Shown here: piece after piece, positions 56,087-64,000 of the stretch | How positions within the stretch are numbered: the first letter of the stretch is position 1 | How the letters are laid out: each line of letters begins with the position of its first letter | NCBI GenBank assembly: GCA_029953675.1 | Contig: JAMWBK010000011.1 | Coordinates: 372,001 to 436,000, forward strand | From: Rhodosorus marinus CCMP1338 | Lineage: Eukaryota > Plantae > Rhodophyta | Reading direction: 5' to 3' | DNA length: 64,000 nt | Program-made: the position numbers and the translations under genes | The notes under the pieces: generated by a model | Database searches by the model: none | The model's input: only the letters and a program-made list of their open reading frames with translations | What the model was told of the DNA's origin: nothing

Positions 56087-56730
56087 ATCAATCAGCATAT
56101 TATCTCGTTCTTCAAGCCATAGGCCAATTCTCACGATCGTCTGGATAGCTACCAGACCCCTCTGCTTAGGACACCACCCGTTACATCCACATCACCAAAA
56201 GAGGATTGTAAAGGTGGAAAGCGAGAGGAGCTCAGAATGTTAGCAGAGCTCAATCGACCAGCAGATCGATCCTGCTTCCGGATATAGATTATTGGTATCA
56301 GTCGTCAGGATAGCTGCTGGATCTCTGTTCCCTCTATCAGCCTGAACACAGAAAGCGTTTCTCATCGATTGGTTGCCTTCGGTTCCGATGAAGCAACGGC
56401 GTCAGGGTTAGGGATCATTAAACTTCGAAATGCTTTGACCGATAGCAATTAGCATTTTATCTCGTTCTTCAAGCCATAGGTCCTGTTTCACAGTCCTGTG
56501 GATAGCTGCCAGGCCCCTCTGCCCTAAGACCCGTCCGGTATAAGGCAGGTCCATATCAGCAAAAAAAGAGGTTTGTAAAAGTGGAAAGCGAAAGGAGCTC
56601 AGAATGTTAGCACGACTGAATCGATCACCAGACCGATCCTGCTTAGGACAATAGATTACTGCTATCAGTCGTCTGGATAGCCGCTGGAACCCTGTACCGG
56701 CTATCATGCAAACGCAGGTATTTCTCATCG
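56087..56730. repeat. Diverged tandem duplication of about 285 bp with internal sub-repeats
   Basis: TTATCTCGTTCTTCAAGCCATAGG, GTGGAAAGCGA.AGGAGCTCAGAATGTTAGCA and TTTCTCATCGA present in both copies. Confidence 0.8.
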
Positions 56731-56851
56731 AAGCGGTTATGATGTGGTCCTTTGTTTGTCATGAGTTTCCCATGAAGGAAGGCGGATCAGAGCTTGGATT
56801 GGTCCGAGCTCGGAACATCATGCTCTGTTGAAATTTTCGGATCATTTGACA

Positions 56852-57586
56852 ATGGAAAAGCTTTCACAGTCGTTTAGTAAAGAGAAGGCGTTGGATCCAC
56901 GTCTGAAGTGGACGAATATGCCCCTGCTTGTTGACCAGGGCGTGACGTCGCAGGGGAGGCTGACCGTTGGCGCGGCGGCTGAGAGTGATGCGTGGAAGAA
57001 GACGTACTATGAGCCGACCATCGACAAGGATAATGTTCCTATACTGGGGCTTGAGTGGAAAGGCGATTTCAGCGCTCAGACTCGATTCCGTCTGAACGCC
57101 CTGCATCAGTTCGACCAGGCCGGGTTGATGGTTCGGTACTCAGCGGATTGTTGGATTAAGACCGGTCTTGAATACGTCGATGGAAAGGTGAAGCCGAACG
57201 TTGTGGTGACGAATGGTTACTCCGATTGGACTACGCAGGGGACGCGGGAGGCGACCTCGGACGCCACGTTGACGATACACAAAAGAGGAAACAAATTTGT
57301 CATCGAATTCGGCCCTGAGGAGACGGATTCCTCTGGATCGTGGTGGACGTTTCTGATCGGTGGAGATACTTTCAAACCACAACCACAGTACTTCACCCGC
57401 TCGTGTGCGCTAAAGCCCGCCAGCGCCAGCCAGAAGCCGACCGTGGGACTGTTCGTTGCTTGCCCAAAGAAACCCGGCGGAACTGCGTGCTTCGACTACC
57501 TGATTATCAAAACCCTCCTCAAGAAAGAAATGCCCAGCGAAGTTGATCTTCTCACGTCCGTCTTAGTGAGCCAGACAGCTTCCTAG
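56852..57586 (+). CDS. DUF1349 family (Ree1-like, ConA-fold) protein
   Basis: AAAESDAWKKTYY..DNVP; GDFSAQTRF..FDQAGLMVR..WIKTGLEYVDG..VVVTNGYSDW; VGLFVACP. Confidence 0.85.
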   Translation: MEKLSQSFSKEKALDPRLKWTNMPLLVDQGVTSQGRLTVGAAAESDAWKKTYYEPTIDKDNVPILGLEWKGDFSAQTRFRLNALHQFDQAGLMVRYSADCWIKTGLEYVDGKVKPNVVVTNGYSDWTTQGTREATSDATLTIHKRGNKFVIEFGPEETDSSGSWWTFLIGGDTFKPQPQYFTRSCALKPASASQKPTVGLFVACPKKPGGTACFDYLIIKTLLKKEMPSEVDLLTSVLVSQTAS

Positions 57587-57734
57587 ACCCGATACGGGAA
57601 AGATGATAATCCAAACTGTATAAAAGAAGGAAACTTAAAGACCAAAAGCTCTCTCTGCAGAAAAGAGTGTCTCAGGATACAAGTCTGGCGTCCGCGTTCT
57701 TGAACCGGATGTATCCATGATGTTCATACGGCTA

Positions 57735-58500
57735 TCCAGACGAGTACTGGCAATGGCCAATCGCTTGAAGTTCGGCAGAATTTACTGACTGCTCTGCTTC
57801 CAACCAGCAGTAGAATGGACTTGTACAGTCCTTCAATAGCGTGGTTTTGTTCGCCTGTCATTAGCATGCGTGTTTGAGTGCGACCAGTGCTATAGATTTC
57901 TTACAGAGACTTTTCGTTTGCTTGAATCAGTCATCACCCATTGCTCAGCCCAAGAACCCATCCATGCATACTTTGGGCAAGGATTCATGGAGCCTTCACT
58001 TTTTAGCACTGTGAACTGCAAACCTGATCGACTCGGGTGCTTTTTTATAAGACTGGACTAGGAGCCGATAGTGACGAGTATACCTGGGTTTCAGAATTTA
58101 TGCGAATATCTGATGATGCATCAATCCATCCAAAGTCCTTTCTCTCGGAATGGACCTGACTTTATCCCAGCGAGTTATCGCCAGAATGGATTCAGCTGGG
58201 GATACAAGAAAGGGCTGCCGTCCTATACTCCAAAAGAAAGTGAGCATCAGAGCTTACGTTAAGATCTGATGATTTACTGATCCATACATCGTCCTTGGGC
58301 AGTTTATGATACACGATCTTGTCTCGATAGTGCCTGGCAAGCTATCAACTTGATCGATTCAACTGGTCTGAGTAAGAATGACCTTTGGCACAGCATAGTC
58401 TTCAGACCATCAGGGAAGAGACCATAAAACGTAATAGTCGACAACCTTCTGTGGGGTCTTTACTTTGCCTTGATCCAGCTACTAACAGGTGGATTCAGCT
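57735..58500 (-). CDS. Possible intron-rich gene or pseudogene of unknown product
   Basis: AG/GT-bounded open segments LARHYRDKIVYHKLPKDDVWISKSSDLN, FTVLKSEGSMNPCPKYAWMGSWAEQWVMTDSSKRKVS and ANKTTLLKDCTSPFYCWLEAEQ; some intervening segments contain stops. Confidence 0.3.
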
Positions 58501-58602
58501 TTGCAAAGTGAGAATGGACCGAGGCAGATGTTAACATCAGATTGTTCCAGAGTTTGCGCGGAGAGAAGATCAGCGTTTCCGATGCCGTTCGATTGATAAG
58601 GC

Positions 58603-59975
58603 ATGAAGACAATGTTTCATGGACGTCCTGAACTGGCACAGCAGCTGAGGAGCGCTAATCGTTCTGTGCGAACTTCTCTGGAGCGAGGTTTTGCAGATGG
58701 CCCGGCTGGTTATGGAGGTATTGGACGATGCGGACGGAAGAGAAGGGAACGCTTTGGTTTCTGAGCTGACGCGACTCGCCTGGAGTTTGCTTAGGTCTGT
58801 ATAGGAGAGAAGGAGAGACGAATCCCAAGGCCCGAAGACGAGCGGAAAAGCTGTCACGGCTCGAGAATGCAGAATGGGGAGTCGAGGACCAGAAAAATCC
58901 CCCGGTGGGCATGGCTTTTCAGATCAAAAGTTACTCTGGCTGGTTTTTGCCCGGTTCCTGACGGATGTCCTTGTGACCTGCTCCTACAACAAGGAATTCC
59001 GAGAACGACCGAGGCTGAAGAGCACAGAGGAAATCACTGATTATGTCGAGGGGCAGATCCAGAGAGCCATTGCTAGAGGTAGATCAAACTGACCAATACA
59101 GCTAGTTCAACTCTTGGACACGAAGACCATGACCGAACGCTCAAGGCAATTGTATTCGCTCTTATCCTTCCCGCCCCTGGATCGTGTACGTCCCAGGAGA
59201 ATTTCTTCGTCTCAAGAAGAAAGGAAAGAAACTTGTACAATCTGATGGATCCGGACGCCCTGTAGATGAGTATGTACCTCAACAACAAACCTCGACAGCA
59301 AAGAGATCTGAAGAATCAGATCCTGTCTTCGCTGGACATCTTCCACAGAACGTTTGACATTGCAATGAGGATTATGAAGGACAACAATCTGAAGCCGAGG
59401 TGGTACGTTCTATGAGCAATCTATCACCAAAGGCTCCTTCCTCGTAGCGCAGTCTAATAGCTCCTTGGCTGTTCCACTGCCTGGATCTCTCAGCATTGGT
59501 CGCTGGATGCCCATTGCTGCTATAGTATATTTAGAGCTGACGACGATGTGTTTGGTCTTGTCGACTTGTTCCGAGCAGGATCGAGCTGATGAACGAGATC
59601 GACCAGGAGAAGCACAAGCTCAGGTCAGACCTGGTTCTGTCGCTTCTGAAGGTTGATGAAAATGGCGATGAAGAACTCATGTGGAAGAAGGAGGTGAAGA
59701 AGTACGAATCGAGGATTGGTTCGCTGAACAAGAAGATCGACGATTTCAACATCATCAAGCCCGAGAAAATCGACACCTTCCGCCTCCGGCTGAAGCTGGA
59801 CTCCGAAATTGAGCGAGCGAGGACGGCCGTGGCTGGGAGGAAAGACAAATCTGTCGATCTCGGACGCACTTCCACCGAGGAGGTGGGTGCAGACGCTCCG
59901 AGGACACCCGAAAACATGAAGGGCATGGTGCAGTCCTTGCTCACCAAAGCAATGTACTTTTGGAGGAAACCGTAG
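58603..59975 (+). CDS. DUF1992 (DNAJC28-like conserved domain) protein, multi-exon; start uncertain
   Basis: RRRAEKLSRLENAEWGVED; VEGQIQRAIARG; AMRIMKDNNLKPRW; ELMNEIDQEK..LNKKIDDFNIIKP. Confidence 0.7.
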
Positions 59976-60299
59976 CTCGTAAGAAGTCACTCGTATTTAT
60001 TTCTGTGAGTAGTATGAAGCAAATTGGCGAGCAGTGAGAGGCGAGAGTGTGGACTTTGCTTGTTAGTGGAGCAGCTCCGAGCGGGGAGCTCGCTTCATCC
60101 TCATCTCCCAGACGCAGCTTTTGAGCAAGACGAGCTTCAGCTGTATGCTTGAAGAATCTCGTGCTTTCCAATCAGCTTAGAGGACGAATAATTAGAGTTT
60201 TGAGCTTGTTCTTACTGCAGTTAGGTGGGCAAAGTTCCGTCTTCGCCCCGGCAGAACAGCTCGAAGCGCTGTGTTTGAAACGCTAACGCGGCGGTCAAG

Positions 60300-61645
60300 T
60301 CACCGATTGTAGGCTTCCTCCCAATTCGCGACACCAGTTCTGTTGAAGTGTTCTCGCATGATGTCTCGGAATACATCGTTGGATCTCGTAAAAAGGTCCT
60401 CGTTTAAGTCACGGCCCACTGCTTTCAACTCCTCCTCCTCGAGGAGCTCAAAATTTCTACAGGTTGCACACTTGATGTGGTTTTGCATCGGCAGTCCACG
60501 TGCAACGTCTCTCTCTGAAATCTCCCTTCCGAAGGCTTTCAAACACGGTGCGATGTGTTGAAGCTCATCGGCAAACGACGCCACCAAGTTCTCATAGATG
60601 ATGATACAAAACTTGTCCGGGCTGAGGTACCTGAACCTAAGAGTGGGACAGGGATAGGATTTCAACGTTTAAGAGCGATTCTTTAGGCTACTAGATCCTT
60701 GGAAGCGTCTAGAAAGGGTGCGTAGGAGGGTCCATTAGCTTACAAATGGAGCATCATATACCCGTAGAGACTATCAGCGAATATGGAGTTCACGATAAAC
60801 GGGTAGATGGTTGGGAGGCCAGTTTCGTTGATCAGCACACCCTTGGTTTTCCTCATGTAGGGCGAGAGGTGCCAACAGCCTTCGAAGACGAGTTCTGGTC
60901 GTTGCACGAATTCGTCGACGCACTCGTTGATCAATCGTGGCAGGTACTTGGCCATCAGTGAAAACTTGTAGTCAAAAACTTGGTACGAAGCGTTGAAGCG
61001 TTCCCGAGCGATCAGTCTCTGGAGTATGTGCGTATACCACGAATAGCTCCGATGAACTGGATCGCGAACTGCAACGAGGAAGCGGGAGCGCTCCACGTTT
61101 ATTGTGGCGACCATTAGGGATGGCACTCGAGCGTACCTCGAATAGCCAGGCGTCGCATCCAGACTCACTTGACTTTCCAGATCCCTAACTGCAAAGTGTT
61201 CCGCATAGGATTCAGGTCCCTCCGCGTAGTGATCCTGTTTGTCGAAAAAGTGCACCTCTTTCGGCATCGCACCCTGCTTGTAAGTATTCAACGGTCTTTG
61301 TATTTCAAGATCCTGTGAAGTCACTAAAAACATCCACAGAGACGTTGTGCCCCCTTTCTGCATTCCCAAAAGAAACAACTCTGGGCACATATGATCCCCG
61401 ATCCGCCTCCGGGTGCAAATATTATCCACCTTTGCAGTTGATTCTCCACTCGGCGCCACCTCACTTTTCCATACGCCTTGTCCCTCAACATCCTCGGGAA
61501 AGTACGCCTCCAGTTCGTCAGGGTCATATGGTTCCCGGACCGCAGCCTCATGCGCCTGTACCCGAACCTTCCGCGCCTTACAGGAAACCCCCACCCACAC
61601 AAAGCCAACCAAAAAGGACGCGACGACCAATCCTCGAAACTTCAT
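60300..61645 (-). CDS. Type II membrane sulfotransferase, heparan-sulfate 3-O-/N-sulfotransferase-like, two exons
   Basis: N-terminal TM; 5'-PSB loop PELFLLGMQKGGTTSL; KEVHFFD; DATPGY; 3'-PB VRDPVHRSYSWY; intron joins MLHL|FRYLSPDKFCIIIYENL. Confidence 0.88.
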
Positions 61646-63704
61646 GGTTAGGAGTCACGTTCACCACATCACTCGTCGCTCACCCAGAGCCTCTTCTCTC
61701 ACCTCTAAAACCACACGCGTCAATAGCTTAATGATTCCTAACCAAACCAATCCAATCCAAGATTCCCGAAAAAGTGAAGCAGACTAAACGTTGACCGACC
61801 ACAGCCAAGTCGAATCCACCCGGCGTCGATACTTCAGCTCAAGACCCTCCACCAAGCGAAGCAAGACCTCCTGCTCTCTTCCCAACCACTTCACAACGTC
61901 AAGATACGACGACGTCTCAGCAAAACTCCGAATGGCTAGCTGTGTATTGAGCTTTGTACCGCAGATGTCCACTTAAGCGCCTTTTCAATACTTGGTTTGA
62001 TGTACTTTACCTCAGAAGTCCCACAACTGACATCCCAATCCCCTTCGCAGCACCACGACGAAAAAGCACCTTCCAATCTCGCTTCCCAACGACGTCTCAC
62101 AAGACTCTCAAACGTTGCATTTGGAATTAGGAATAGGCAGATAGATGTCCTCATATAACCCTTCTCAACCCCTAGGCTTGCTGTTCCTTGGTGCCCGTCA
62201 AGCCACAGTCCTTACTTCCCAATCTTTTCGCACAATCACAAAACCGCGAAAACAAAAGCACGTCCTATTCTCCTCCCAACGGCTTTTCAAAAACGTTGAG
62301 CTACAACGACGTTCCCCGAGACCATCAGAAAAAAAAAAGTTCGTTGTGCGTAGCAGCTTGGCAATCACCAGATATCCTCAGATACCATTATGATCTCTTA
62401 GTTTTGACTGTCTGCCTTTACTCTGAGACTAGCTAGCCCCCGCTAGGCTAACCGAGAAACTTACGAGGACGTTGAAGACCTCGCCTCTAGTGTTACTCTA
62501 CCAGAGCGCGAAGCTCGGAGATGAATGTCGGCCCTAAACAAATGTCTTTGGTGGAGTAGCTCGTGGGTAGTCCTAAAGGCTGGAGCGCCTCGAACCTGAA
62601 TCTTAGAAATGCAATGAACTCGTTTTGCTTTTACCTCTTGAATTACAAGCCTGCAGTGGGGAAGGCTGAATAGAGACGCTTCATGTGGTCGGGTCGTTCC
62701 ACAACGCACTCGCGCAAGCCAACTAGATGCCACCTCACCCGCTCGCTCATGGAAACCAAAACACATCGATAACTGTACTTTGAAAAATGGCCCCAGCAGC
62801 CAAAATACTTACAAAACATATTGACCGGTACAAATTCACTGGAACGTACAGTTAAAGTTTCTTCATGTTTTTCCTGTTAGCTTTTGTCTGAAGGAAACCC
62901 TGTATGTGATTTACTGGTTTGCTAAGGAACTAATAGGCCAGGCGGACGTTGTAATAGCCAGGATTGCAGAGCACGGGCAATGGCAGACCTTTGTTGCCTC
63001 GCTAGGGCACCTGCAGTCTGACCCTATCGTCTTGTACAAGAGCAACTGCGAACCGCACTTATAGATAGGGTTACGATTCTGCTTTGCGTTGTCTAGATGT
63101 TGTCGAGTGGCTTACAGGCCACTCGAGTGGGTGTGCATGAGAAGGAGGGCTGGAAAAGACCACCCGCCACAGAGTTTGGAAAATCTGCGCAAAAGGATTA
63201 CATCTGATACCTCTTCTGCGTGTGTGAGTTTCCTCTTTCGGGGTTGTTCTTTTACCATTGTTCTAACGCGGGCTTCACGTTTGTTTTTCACTGTCGAACA
63301 GCCTCTTTGCAAGCGGCCATAGGAATCCGTTCATCCGACACAAAGGGTCAATTCTCTAGGGCGCAAATCGATTCTCGTCAAGTCTCGCAAGTGACATGAA
63401 GCAAGTTTTGGCGAGCGGCGAGAGATGATTGTGAGGATCACCCACTTAAGGGAACAACTTCGTGCCCCGTGGCTGTTTAGTCCTGGTCTTCTGGAAGAGG
63501 GGTCCGGTAGCGAGAGGAGCGATGGCCAGGCTACAAGCGTCTTCTTTAAGCAAAATTCTTTAGTTAAGTCAGTTCAGAGGATCCATCATTAGGTTTATAC
63601 AGTTTAGTTTCGTTGTCCTCAACAATTAGATAGCAAAATTCCCAACAAACCCAGGGTGGAAGATGCCAGCACTCCGTTTGAAACCTTGAATCCCCGGTTT
63701 CGGG

Positions 63705-64000
63705 TCACAGAGTGTACGCTTTCTCCCAATCCGCCATGCCCGTTCTGTTGAAGTGGTCTCGCATGAGTTCTCGGAACACATCGTTTGATCTCGTGAAAAG
63801 CTCCTCGTTCAACTTACGGCCTACCGCGCTCAACTCTTCGTCAACGAGCCGCTCAAAATTTTTACACGTCTTGCACTTAATATGGTTTACCAACGGCAAT
63901 CCACGCGCAGCGTCACTCTCTAAAATCTCCCTTCCGAAGGGTTTCAGGCACGGCCCGATGTGCTGAATCTCATCAGCAAACGACTCCACCAACTTCTCAT
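63705..64000 (-). CDS. 3' end of a paralogous sulfotransferase gene (partial, runs off the window)
   Basis: LVESFADEIQHIGPCLKPFGREI..GLP..NHIKCKTCKNFE..LFTRSNDVFRELMRDHFNRTG closely matches the last exon at 60300-60665. Confidence 0.85.
   Translation of the reverse strand, partial: EKLVESFADEIQHIGPCLKPFGREILESDAARGLPLVNHIKCKTCKNFERLVDEELSAVGRKLNEELFTRSNDVFRELMRDHFNRTGMADWEKAYTL

Noticed and set aside
1-64000. tRNA, rRNA, spliceosomal snRNA or telomeric repeat arrays
   Set aside because: No convincing signature sequences were seen by eye; tRNAscan-SE and Infernal were not run.

Overview
Eukaryotic nuclear DNA, not a prokaryote: GT-AG introns of roughly 70-110 nt, AT-rich repeat-laden spacers, and a nuclear RbfA gene with an N-terminal transit-like extension. 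That points to a compact-genome plastid-bearing alga, plausibly a red alga (inference). The left half (0.4-29 kb) is a tandem array of six intronless paralogues encoding secreted FG-GAP/VCBS beta-propeller + ASPIC/UnbV (CRTAC1-like) + EGF/Cys-rich proteins. They are interleaved with an intronless flotillin, a 5'-truncated CRE-clade non-LTR retrotransposon, an eIF4A pseudogene fragment, degenerate satellites and a dense cluster of perfect hairpins. The right half holds a Stf0-like sulfotransferase-fold membrane protein, a fungal-type Nta1-like N-terminal amidase, a double B-box protein, RbfA, SNM1/Pso2, a GH13 alpha-amylase, a putative SSB-OB/RecQ-HTH fusion, two DUF1349 proteins, a DUF1992 protein and tandem heparan-3-O-sulfotransferase-like genes. 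Multi-exon models were spliced by eye, so their boundaries are approximate. All family calls come from motif recognition; no searches were run. Best novelty candidates: the diversified ASPIC/UnbV array (possibly linked to sulfated-glycan matrix biology), the SSB-HTH fusion and the 10.4-11.1 kb hairpin element.
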